This document shows, piece after piece, positions 41,455 to 53,800 of a stretch of DNA of 64,000 bases. The notes beneath the pieces were generated by a model. That model was not told where the DNA came from. It did not search any database and worked only from the letters and a program-made list of their open reading frames with translations. Origin of the DNA: Marsupella aquatica (lineage: Eukaryota; Plantae; Marchantiophyta). Both the position numbers and the translations under genes were made by a program. The stretch lies in the NCBI GenBank assembly GCA_973895155.1, contig OZ316894.1:3122844-3186843 (forward strand). The letters run 5' to 3'. The first letter of the stretch is position 1. Each line of letters starts with the position of its first letter.

Positions 41455-41895
41455 ATTTGAGGTGAGAAAACTAAGATGGCAACTAAGGTGAGGAAAAGAA
41501 GTTCAGGTGAGACAAAATATCGAGGAGAGAAAATATGGCAAGGTGAGAAAATGACGCAAAGATGAGGAAAAGATATCAAGGAGAGAATAGATGTGGAGGG
41601 TCAGGAAAGATGTCTTGGTGAGATAAAGATCATTCTCAAGGTGAGAAAAGATGGCGAGATATGAAAAAGATAAGATGTCGAGGTGAGAAAAGATGTCAAG
41701 CCAGGTGAGAAAAGATCTTGAGGAGAGAAAAGATGTTGAGAAGAGAACAGTCATCGAGGGTGGGAAGAAAATGTCGTGGTGCCACGCAGATGTCAATGTG
41801 AAAAAAGATGTCAATGCAAGGTAAAGATGTTTAGGAGAGATAAATATGAAAAGGCAAGAAAACCATGTCCAGTAAGAAAAGATGTTAAGGTGAAG
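41455..41895. repeat. Purine-rich degenerate ~19-bp minisatellite (aggtgagaaaagatgtc)
   Basis: Recurring aggtgagaaaagatg units. Confidence 0.7.
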
Positions 41896-42881
41896 CAAAA
41901 ATATATAAGTTTTGCAATGTCAGTAGTTGTTGAGACATTTATGTGTCATCCCGACCATACAGATGTTGTGGTCGTGTTCAATACCAGTGTGTTGCACAAA
42001 GGATGTCGGGTAAAAGATGTCATTGCAAAAACGATGTCCATGTCAAAAATATGTTGTTGCAAAAGTAGTAAAGAAGAGCGCAAGATAGATGATGGCAACC
42101 GAGGCAGACGCGAAGGAAGACGCACTCGCACAACGCTAGGTGGAAGGTGACATCCCCCTGGCCTCCTTCTCATGGCCTCCGCGCCCCCTTTCTCTTGGGC
42201 TGCCGCTACCACCCTTCCCCCCCCCCCCCCCCCCCGCCCAGCAAACCAAAAAGAGCAAGGGTGTCCCTTTTTCTCCTCATTTTCCCCTCTTATTGCTAAC
42301 TTATTTTCTTTATTTTCATCTCCATTTGCTCAACTTTGTCTCACCCCCCCCCAATAAAAAGCAAGCCAAAGTGTCCCTTTTCTCCTATTTTTTCCCATAT
42401 TTTATTGCTTATTTACTTTCTTTATTTTCATCTCCATATGCTCCACTTCGTCTCATCCCCTCCACCTACGTACTTGTGGGAGGGTAAGGGTAAGGTTCCA
42501 TGTGGATACGGGGAGGGAGTGCGGACCTACCCTGCCCCTTGCATCCAAAGACTTGGGAGGTCGTTGGCTGGCTGGGCCAGAGTCGCATGGCGTGACTGCG
42601 CCCTGCCACAAGCCCCCTTGCTCCCGACTCCCTCCAGTCCAGCTTGACCGGGTGCCCAAGGCCTTTTTGCCGGGCCCAAAATTGAGCCCAACTTTTGACC
42701 CAGCCAACACGCCTGATGTTCGTCGGGAGGTCGAAGCCACGAGCCCTGACACCATAGCTGGAGCTTGCAAGCTTTTGAGCTAGCATCATTCGAGCCCGGG
42801 CTCTGGTCGGGCACTCTTCGCTCTTGGGGGGGTTAGAGGGTGCGTAAGCAATGTCAGACGAGCGAGGGCTGAAAGAAGGTT

Positions 42882-43226
42882 TGTTAGATATTGCTCTAGT
42901 CTTGTGACTCATGAGCTAATCACAGTTAGGCTAACTTGGGTTAGGACTTAGCTAATGTTAGCGCTAGTACTGTTGTGTATATAGCCAGGGCTGATGCCAG
43001 ACCCTGGGTGGAACTTAGGCTCATTGTTACCGAGCTAGTTGAGAGATAGGGAAAGCTTGTGCTGTGAATGCTTGGTATGGCCGGTCGTCCTAGAGTGCAG
43101 TAAAGCTCTTGTGTGTTCCTGTGGACGTAGCCTCATGTGGAGGTGAACCACGTATCTCTCTGTGTCGACTCTTGTACGTTGGATGGTTCATGGGCTTGCA
43201 GTTGCGAATGTCGTCTATGCTCATCA
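42882..43226 (+). mobile_element. Solo LTR (345 bp), mosaic of two copia LTR families
   Basis: TG...CA ends and perfect TSD AGGTT. The 5' part matches 12358-12480 and the 3' part matches the copia-2 LTR. Confidence 0.88.
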
Positions 43227-46200
43227 AGGTTTGGGTACGTGGGGGGCCTACGTCTGGGGCATGGCCGGCGAGATTGAACTTTCACTATAGCCAGTGCTCC
43301 TGGTCATCATTGCTGCCGAGGCACTCTGCATCCCCGGATCACTCCCTGCCAATGTTGATCACTTTTGAAGCCTCGGCCAAGAATGTGGAGTTCTGCAGCC
43401 AAACCTACATCAGTTTCAGTCAATTTTGATTTCAAATCGTTCTCTGCACACTTGTTACTAGCAGGCTGCAATAGAGATCACGATTGGGCAATAGATGGGA
43501 TCGGTTGCAGTTATGTTCATGGAATCATAGTGTTCAAGAGAGATGTGGAGTTTTGTTTTACTGCCCAAGCTAGAAGTTGGACTGAACATTTGATTATGTG
43601 CAATTCGATTGACTCTCATTTCAGGTGTGCATATTCAATGTTCACTTATCCATTATTAAGCGAACTTACAGTAACTCAGCTGAATTGAAATTTGAAAGAC
43701 TGCAGAATATTGTCACAAAATGGCTAGTACTGCTAAGTTTGCCAAAAACAGCTCTCACTGGCTATCCTTGTTTTTGGATGGAGTTGCAAGTAATTTACAT
43801 GGGTCAATTGTTTTTTCATGATGGAACAAGGCCAATGCCCATGCCCATGCGTTGCACTTGTCTTTGAAGTAAATGTTGTGTTATGGTTCCAAAGTGTTAT
43901 AGTTGGGGGCCATGTTGTTGTTGTCCAAGTGTTGTTGTTGCGGTCAGGTGATCCTTGTGTTTTTGCCAAGTCTTGTAATTGCATTCAAAAGATTTAAGTA
44001 TAGGGTCAGACTGCAAGGTATGGTATTTCTCCTGGCCATCTTTGCCTAGCAGAACGCAAGTTTCTAGTATGATAATGTTGTCTGCAATTAAGAACAAGGA
44101 GCATGATGCAGGGAATAAACCATTAAGAACATCCTTCAGGGGCCAACAACATCCTTCACGGGCCACATATCATTTTGAGAGGTTCTGAATAGCAGGCAGA
44201 AGGCAGATTGATTAGAGAGAAGAACTGTCAATTGGAGAGTCCAACCATCATCCACCCTGACTCGATGTCTCATCTCCAGTGAAATAACACATCATGTGCA
44301 ACGAAACATATATTTTTAATTTTATTTTAAGGGAATAATTAATTTTTTTGTAAAGGAACATTGGCGTCTTCTAAATCAAAATCTGAGACTTACAAAAAAA
44401 AGATAATGGTTGTGTTCAAACTAATTTTGAAAAAGTTCAAGATTAACATTCCAAATTAATGAGGGCTACAAAATTTCCTTATATTTTTAGCATGTACAAT
44501 GTTAGTACTTAACTCAAGATAGTGCTGGGGGGAGGGGGGGCGCTAGATAATGATTCCAAGGGAGGTCCCACATCACATGCAAAGTTTTTGGGTAGTAAAC
44601 ACCCTGAAAGATAAGAAAATATCTAGTTACACTGTTTTTTACCCCCCTTTCTTACTACCTTTGGAATATTCCAGGAATCAGCTTATAGTACGGCCATGTC
44701 TTTTTGTATTTAAAATTTGCCACGGTTTCTATAAATAGCTCCCCTGGTTACATTGGAAAACTTGTCATCCATATACGGAACCGTGGCATATTTGTAAATA
44801 CAAAACAACTGTGGCAGTATTGTCAACTAGAACATCTTTAGTGGCAAACTAAGTAAAATCTGTTATAGGAATATTCCCAAATTTTGTATTAAAACCCCCA
44901 CTGGTTCTTATACTTCTCAAAATTAGATCAAAAACACCCTAAAAATCTTTGACAAAGCTTTTAAAATGTTCTGCCCAATCAATTTTTAAAAAGCTCTAAC
45001 TTATTCACGCAGGATGGGTCCAAAGAAAAGAAGTATGTGAGGACCCATGTGAGGACCCTGGGAACTAGAGCATAGTTTAACCTTAGTTAAGGGCTGCAGA
45101 GGTTGGATTTGGGGTTAGATTAGTAGAGAGGAGTTACACTTCAACTTACGTCAACACTTCATTGTGCTCAATCAATCAAACTGAACCTCAGTATGCCCCA
45201 AAACCTCAGTTTGTGCCTTTTAGTATCATTTCATGTTGTTCTCATCACTTTTGGTCCCCAACTATTTGCCAGTGGGCAGGGAAAAAATATTAGCGACTAT
45301 ACCTCCCAACGTGCATGAAGTAGTGTAAATATTTTCATTCCATTAATTTGGGACTCAACTATTTGTCTGTAGGCAGGGAATTTTTTTGGCTGCTCTACCT
45401 CTTGATGTGCTTGAAGTAGACAGCATAAAAAAGCGTGATCAATTTCCAAAAAGTAATAGCTAGTATAGCTCCCAATGTGCTTGGGATAGCGTAAAAAATC
45501 CTCACCGAGTTGCTAACAAATCATGGCTGGCAACACAATTTGATTTTAACCAATTTTCACAAGTCAATTATTAGAAAAAGTCCGAGATAGATACCAGTGG
45601 ATACTTCAAGCATCTCATTAATTTCCCTTTTTGGCACTGCCCGTCTTAACTTTACTAGACAGTGGCAACAATAGGCAAAACACCCCAATGAGGTCTCTAA
45701 ACCTTAAAAGTACTCCAAGGTTGCTTAGAAATATGAAGCCTTGAGGCTTCCACTTCAGTATGTTGCGCTACAATCAACAAGGATCATGGAAGTTACCACA
45801 TCTTATCTATTTTAACTAGTATTATTTAGAGGCCATTGGTGGTAGTGTCTCTTCAACTTGCACCTCAAGGACCTCCTAGTAAACAGTCCAAGGACACAAT
45901 TAAAGCTTCTTATTTGGCATTTCTATGGAACCTGTCCCCTATTTGAAACCATCAATATGCTTGTGTATTGGAAGCCCAACATAAGATCAGAGGTGCATGT
46001 ATCCTGTTACACATGTACATGAAAACTTGGGCCAACCTGGAGATGCTCTGTGTTCTTCTAACAACGTCACTGATGGTGACTTGTATGTAATGGTGTATTG
46101 GCCATTAACTTGCCTGTCAATTTCTGTAATAGAAATGTGCCAGTTGGTATAAATGCCTTTGAAAATAGGAAAAGGGGTCAATACACAGACATAAAACAAG

Positions 46201-47864
46201 CCACATTATGAGATGAGATTTTCCCCTAACAAGGTGTCCAGTACTACTTCCTCAAGCTATGTTGTCCATTTGGTCCCCAAGGCTTCCCTTATACTACTGC
46301 CCGTACTCCTGGCTGGTGGTGATGTCTCTGGCCGTGGCGGCTTCCATCCTTTTTGTCATGCACACCACACCATCCGAACAAAACTATTGTTAAGGAATCT
46401 ATGAAGATCTATTAGAAACCTCAAATATTCACAGCCCATGGTACTACATATCACTTCAATTCAATTTCATGATGTAAGAACGTGCCAATTAGCTGAGTAG
46501 TTCAGGGAAAGACTAGATCCTAGCTAGCTGTGTTGGAGACCACGCATAAGCATTATCACATCCAGCATATAAATCTGGTCCTACACAATTTTGATCATCA
46601 AACCCCTTATGTAGTCCTTCCTCATTGCAATGATAAATCTGCAGAATTTAAGATTATTTGTGGAGCTCATGGCGTTGCTATATATGACAACTATCTAGTT
46701 GGCTTTTACAACCCATCCCAATGTTTTAGGACCTATGGCTATTTGAATCAGATGGAGGTTTCATAACTTTCCTTTAAATTATTGGGGCTGTTTGACTCTA
46801 AACTTTTACCACTGACTATACTGACCACACTCTGTTAACGTTCTTCGGCTTTCCCTTTGCTTGGAATTTCAACCAGATGAGAACCATTATTTTGTGGGCT
46901 TTGCCATCTTTAGCAAAGACCAGAGTATTAGGTGTTATGTGAAGAAGGCTGATTCCCATCGTCCACTTCAGATGGGTGAGTTTCAAGGCCCTTTCCGTTT
47001 GTCTCGAATTTGTTTAGGAACTCCATTCCAAGAAACAACAGTTTTGAGACCATTTCTTCACAAAAAGGATTTGTCAACCAAAGATAAAGCTTGTGGAATT
47101 CACAATCAAACCGATCAAGGCATCATTAGCAAGTCCTCAGTTGCGCTTACAAAATCCCCATTACCCACCTCTCATCTCCAAGAAGCCTGAATGTCTAGAT
47201 GTGGTCAACAAATGATAGAATCAACCACTGTTCAGGGATCAAAACCAAAGTAGACTGATTCTATTGAAGCTATTGTACCATAGAAGTTACTGGACTGATC
47301 GCTCACTCAAAAAGCCAAACCATACCCGATGAACTGGTAGGGCGATCCCAAATTTCAGTTAGTGGGAGTTGTAAAGCATACAAGAGATTCGTTGTTGGTC
47401 TAGAGACTGACATTCAAGTCACAGCTCTTACTAGCCAGTCCTGTGGATCGTGCTCTGTCACGTGATGATCCAGAGGAGAGAGCTCAGAAAAAATTGCAGG
47501 AGTCAGCTAAGTAACTAACACATTGTAGAAAGGTCACGTCAGTGATTGCGCCTTCAAGACGTACTCACTCAAAACAAGCTGGAGCCGTAATTTGTGGTAC
47601 TTCAAGAAAAACTGTTGACCAGGTATCCATCAAGTTCATTTGTTGCAAAAACAGAAAAGTTTTGAGCCCTCTCCAAGAAAACTTTTGCACTCTTGCTACA
47701 GTAGGTCTCTACAAAATTGTGGTCATTGGATGGCCAGGAAGACTATAATATGAAGAGATGCAATCCGAAATGAAACGAAAGATATATACAACAGACCTTG
47801 CGTAGAGACTTCAGCCATTTGGTCACTTCAAGACTCAACGAAAAATACAATTTCCTGGCTGATA

Positions 47865-50800
47865 CTAAGCTAAGGTACCTTTAGCTGGTAATGTGTCGAA
47901 AGCTGATGGGGTACTTGGGTATCTGATACGGTGAACAATGGTTCCACTCTGTTTCACCATCGCTGCTAGCTTATCCTCGTGTGGAAATCGTGCCCGAAGC
48001 ATGGAAAAGACATGACCATTGAGCCGTCTCACTTTAATTGCACTTTCCAAGAAGCTCAGTAGTTCCTGGGAAACCAAAGAAAGGCGTCACCATGACAAAT
48101 CCACAATCCCTGCTAAAAACTCACTACTTGCATCAATTCTTCAAAGTATTAAATAAAAAGCAAAGATGTGTAAATTTCTTCATAGAATTTACAAACATGT
48201 ACAGAACACAAAATTTGCAGGATGTGTATTTAAGAGATGTAAACGTGGACAGCACAGGACAAGACACCACCTCGCCAACGAAAACAAAACAAAACAAAAA
48301 AATAAAAGCACGAGAGATGTACTGAAGATCTCAAATGAATTTCAGGTCAAATAGTCAATGTGCAGGAAGTGGTATGATATGTATGACATACGGGTGAAAT
48401 ATGCGGTGCTTTAGATAGCTTATCCGGGCTGCTGTATATTGCAGGCGTCAGCTCACCCTCACCCGCGTTTAAAACATGATAAGAGAAGTCCAAGAGCTCA
48501 AATCGCCAGTGCTGACTTAAGAGATATACAATAGTGCATCCACCCCAGGCCACAGCGTCACCATATTGCTCCTCATTTTTCACTTCACCCTCTATGATGG
48601 GCTCTCCGCAAAAGACCTTCCATTTCAAAATGACGGGGTCAAAAATGTCCTGTCTTTAATTCTGAAGGTTTCCATGACAACCTCTTCAAATTGTTGCAAT
48701 TAAATGAAATAGACCATCACGCCCCATCTTGCACTAAACAATTATAACAGAACACCATGAGCTTATGAAATACAGGCACAAAGGAAACTGATAAGTGAAT
48801 CGCCATTATGAGCGACATGACCTTTCATGTGCTAAGTGTGAAAACGGCATGCCTGAGAATTTAAATCATTACAAAATTTACGAAATTGTCTGGCTATGAA
48901 GCTTTCTGGAGGAACGCAGTAGGAACCCTTTTAAGCTAAAGTACACTCAAACATAGATTATGGAATTCAATGTCCCCTCATGCCCTGAACTCCTTCGGAA
49001 TGGGAGTTCATCTCGACTGTGCGAATCTTGGAGACAGCACAAGCCTAGTTTTATCCCTACCTAGTAACAGAGTCACTGGAAAGATGGCATCTGAAAATTG
49101 GACACTGGCCACCTTAGATTTAAAGCTCAGAATCCAATCACTGGCTCGAGTGACAAAACATGTTGAAAAACTCTCAGCTCAAGGTATTTCAGATGGAAGA
49201 CAGTAAGAGGGTATCAGTCTTACAAATTGAATGGCACTGTAGATGCGATGATACTCTTTCGAAGTTGTAATCTCGATAAGGCCCGTTTTGGAAGGCGAAC
49301 TCCATTTTTCGCGAACCATGTCTAATAAAGCACTGAGATATGCCAGTGTGTAATCCAGCGTACTGCCTGTTTGAAGGTTGTTGACGTATAGAATATCTGA
49401 AAAAATACAGGACGATGTAAAATTCCATTGATTCAGCATAATACTTGGAGAAGCCCACAAAATGGTTAATTAATAGTTCTATTTGGGTTTCCGTCTTATT
49501 AGTTGTAGTTTGGATCCGCCTACCTAAACTCATCCTCAGCATAGTAGCTGCGAAATGGATACATTGCATAAATACCTCATTTTCCCAATTCTGTTTCCTT
49601 CAAAAAACTGCGCACTACTCTGAGAGAAAGACAAGGTCTCGCCAAACAACCTGCAACTTCTGCCTGTTTGGCCATGGTAATGAATGTTTGGGGATTTTTG
49701 CAGTCAGGGTTGGACAAAACAGCATTGGTTGCAGTTTTGAACAAGCTCACAAGAGGACTGTTTCCATCATCGTCTAGAAGCTGCTGCATGGAAGTTTCAG
49801 TTCCGGGAACTACCCCCAGCCATGGCACAACTTGCATGAAATGTATGGTTTCAACCTCTCTCTGCTCGTACAACACAACACAAGGGGAAAAAGACAACAG
49901 CGTCAAAAAACTGTCCATTTAAAAAGCAGATGTAAATAACTTCTGGGCCAATTTCGATACTGTCTAAATATACCAGACAGTTTCTAAAGTGAGATATCAA
50001 AATGATTCTAAACTAGGATTAAGAAGACAGTACCATTGCTGTGTCAAGCAGGCTCATCCAGAAAATTAAACTGCCGATTTCCTTCAGGACATGCAGGATT
50101 TCAGAATTATGGTCAAAGTCTATCGCCCAAGATAGTTGCTCCTTAAAAATCTTCAAGCAACCTGTCAGGAAATGCAAAGATTTAATGAGATCCACTGATA
50201 CAGATCCACATGTGACTCCTCCTGGACATGATGATTAACAAAGCCCTGAGAAATTCATATTACTTATTGGCATATGTGGGAACGAAATGCCAGCCAAATA
50301 TTGAGAAAGCAGTGTCAAAATTCCAGTCCAATGGATCAAGATTGTGGTATTTTGATATACTCTCATTTTCTTGTGCCAGCCATGATCTCAACGCAATGAA
50401 TAGGTGAAACAATGACAGACGCTTTGGAGGCATGAGAAGTTTATGATGAGCTGACTACCTATGACACCCAAAGTTGGGGCAGGGATAGAAATTTGCTTCG
50501 GTTGTAACGCACAGAGCTCATCCACTCTTCCCTCAAGTAGTGTCAGCTGTGTAGGCACAAAATATACGCTGTCATCAGAGTTTCGTTCCCTCATAGCAAA
50601 CAGGACCACTCAATTTGACAAACGACAGATCACTCAGAGTCCAACTTTGGCTGATCTTCCATAACATCTACTTTACATTGCTAAATAAATGCACTCTGTC
50701 ATTCATTCGATATTCCGCGCAGATGTCCCATCTCTCCACATTCAATATGTGACCCTCTTTTTCCTAACTATAAGAGCAAATTCATATCTCAAACCGTTGG

Positions 50801-53800
50801 CGTCATATCTCCACATTTAACATGCAACCCTCTGTTTCCTAACAGTGAGAGCGATATTATGGAAGCAAATTCACATCTCAAACCGTTGGAGTCGTCAGTA
50901 GAATTAGGAATCTGACCTTTTGAGACAGGTTGTCAAGTAAAGCCCGTACAAGCCATGGAATGGACCGAGAGCCTATCAGCTTCAAGATTGCAAACATATG
51001 TGGTAGACCGAAAAAGTGATTATGAAGCTCAGAAATTGCTGCATGTGCTTGATTTAAGTCCTGTAACAGTTCCAATCTATTGGTTACAACCACGATCAAG
51101 TTGTAGAAAACTAATTTTTAACCTTGACAGGATCATATTAAATTATTAATGGGAGTCCAAGAATGTCATTGATAATGTTGTGCTTTATTCATAATTGTAC
51201 GACTGGCCCGAAGCATTTGAGCTAGGACTCTTCTCACTGGAACTTTTCTCGTACATGAGAGAGTTGAAAAATTAAGACTTACATGTGATCCACACAGAAA
51301 GCTTATTTTAGAATGCGGTAAAGGAGGCCGCCGAACTGGTCGTTGACAAGACTTGCTCGATCTCACAAACCGTTGTGTGGTATTGCAAAGTACAAAGTTG
51401 GGTAGTAGATCATGCTGCACTTCTTGGTAAATCTGCATTAAACGAGCATGTGATCCCACTTCAGGAGCTCAAACGAATCTGTACATGAAAAGTTTCTACC
51501 CAGGTAAGAGTATCCTAAGTTTGATCCTAGGCTTCTTATCCATGTAAGAGTATACATTCCACCCTTTTGAGCAACAGAAGTACGATCTGAGGGACTCACC
51601 TGAGTAGAAAGTCTTCCTGAGAAAGAGACTATTGATAAATTCTCCAAGATCTCACCCATGATGAGGGGAAATGGATCCAATGTGGATAAGAGCTCTGATA
51701 AGAGCTCATGGGCAAGTTTCACAATTTCGATAAGTCTCTGGAGTTCCTGCTTTCCAGCACCCACAGACCGACACGTCACTGAAAGGTGGACTTACCAAAC
51801 CTAATGAACTTCGAGATGGATTCCAGTTCAACATGATCTGACCTATTCTCTGGTTCAGGAAAATCTTTAGTCTAATGCTCCAAACTGAAGTTCGAGGGGA
51901 AAAAACACACCACTATAAAACAAAGATCTTGGGACTCAAAGCGCTCCAAAAGGAACTCCAGATTTTCTCTGAAGAGTTTGTTCATTCGCTGTCCCATGAG
52001 AAATGATAAATCTATGCTTCGCCCCAGCAACTGTACAAAACAAAAACACAATTATCGTTGGGATACAGAATGACATATCTTATTTGAAACATGAATTCAA
52101 ACAAGGAAAGACACTTCTTTCAAGTCAGGAGAGTTAGCAGAAAGCTCTTATGCAAGGTGAGAATTCCACGCACATCGCAATATAAACTTTTCTTCGTCAT
52201 CTAAACTTTAAATATCTGTAACGTCGGCGAAATTAGTTGCTTGGGGTAGCCTGTCAGGCCATCCCTATCTAGGAGCGTCTGAAGGCCGAACATTTAATTG
52301 TCTTCACAGCGTGAGTATGTGAGGAAAAGTCCTTGAAGGAAAACCTTCAACTGGCGCATTTTGAATAGGTAATCATAGCGTCTTGGGAAGATTACGAACT
52401 TCTCAGGACTCTCCACAGTAGTAAGGAAGGCGTAGTCAAGGCTCTTACTGCAAAAACACATTCAGGTCACAAATTATCACCATCATCCTTGTTTTCTCCT
52501 TAGGCCCTTTAGGCCTGCCTCGACATGCTGGCACGGGAGTACAAAGAAATTCAGTTTTTATATACTACAAAGGGTCTCTCTGAGAAAGCAGTACGACACA
52601 CCGGCAAATCACAGATCGTGAGAAATATTTCCCTTCGACGGAAATTACTTCTGCTGGCGACAAAAAGCGCACTCACCTTGCAGCCAGGCTTTTGTAATAA
52701 GCATACACGTGCTCACTCAGCTTGTACAATAGCTGATCGAAGCAGAGATCTACCTGTGAATACCCAAATGATTAAGTATGGATTAACGTGTAACACAAAA
52801 TAAGCGATGATTCATGCATGACAATTGTGTCATCGACAGAGGGACATCAGGGCCAAAACTTATTTCCTCAAATTCGGAAGGTGAATGACTTTGAAAATCT
52901 TGTTTCATCTGTACGAGTCTCACAATGTGACCCAATGCCTCACTAGAGAAATAGTGGCCTTTGGAATTAATTCAACGCTCCAGAGAATTAATTAATCAAT
53001 AGAATTTCCCAGCATCTCTCAGTCTACAGCTTACAGGAAGATGGTATTTGTCCAACAAAAAAACAGGATCAGGCTGTGACAACAGGATCAGGCTCGAAAT
53101 TGATCTAACCTCAGCTTCAATCTCATCATAAAGGAACCGCTGTTTCAAAACATGAAGAGCGTGTTCAGCAGAATCGTTATACAGATCAAGAGGTAGGAGG
53201 ACACTCTCTAGTAATCCTGAATCCTGAGATTCAAGAATATGATCCACCAGCATCCAGGGCAGTGAACACGCTATAGGAAACTGCGAAATACAATCCGACA
53301 GAGTCGTTATAATTCTTCCAGGCCAATTAGTTACCAGTTTTTGAGAAACCAAACAGTCTTTACAGCAGTTGCAAATATGTAAGGACTGTTTTTCTGCATC
53401 AAAGATGGTCAGAGATCTTACCTGGATAACCTTAGATGTTTCCATATAAAACTCTCTAAACCACAAAAATCCCAGATCTGTTACATGATTTAGAGTAGCT
53501 GCATTACGAAGGAAAAATTAGTGTATCAAAAGGACGACAAACAGGATGCGATCAAATTACATCGAACGATTGGAATTTCTGCTTTCGAAAAGTTTGTGCA
53601 TTGACTTGGATCTCAGTCTCTGTTCTACTTGATTTTTTAAATATAGGCGTTTATGAACGTAGATGACGAACACAAAGAATGCTCAGCTGTGGCCTACCTC
53701 GATAATCAAGAATATGGGGAAAGATGACAACTCGGTTGAAAAAGATTTCCAGTTGCCTCATTTCACCCGATGGAACATCTGTATCACTGCTCCCGAAGAA

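Noticed and set aside
43230-44200. Coding-like segment after the solo LTR
   Set aside because: No recognisable domain or consistent reading frame.
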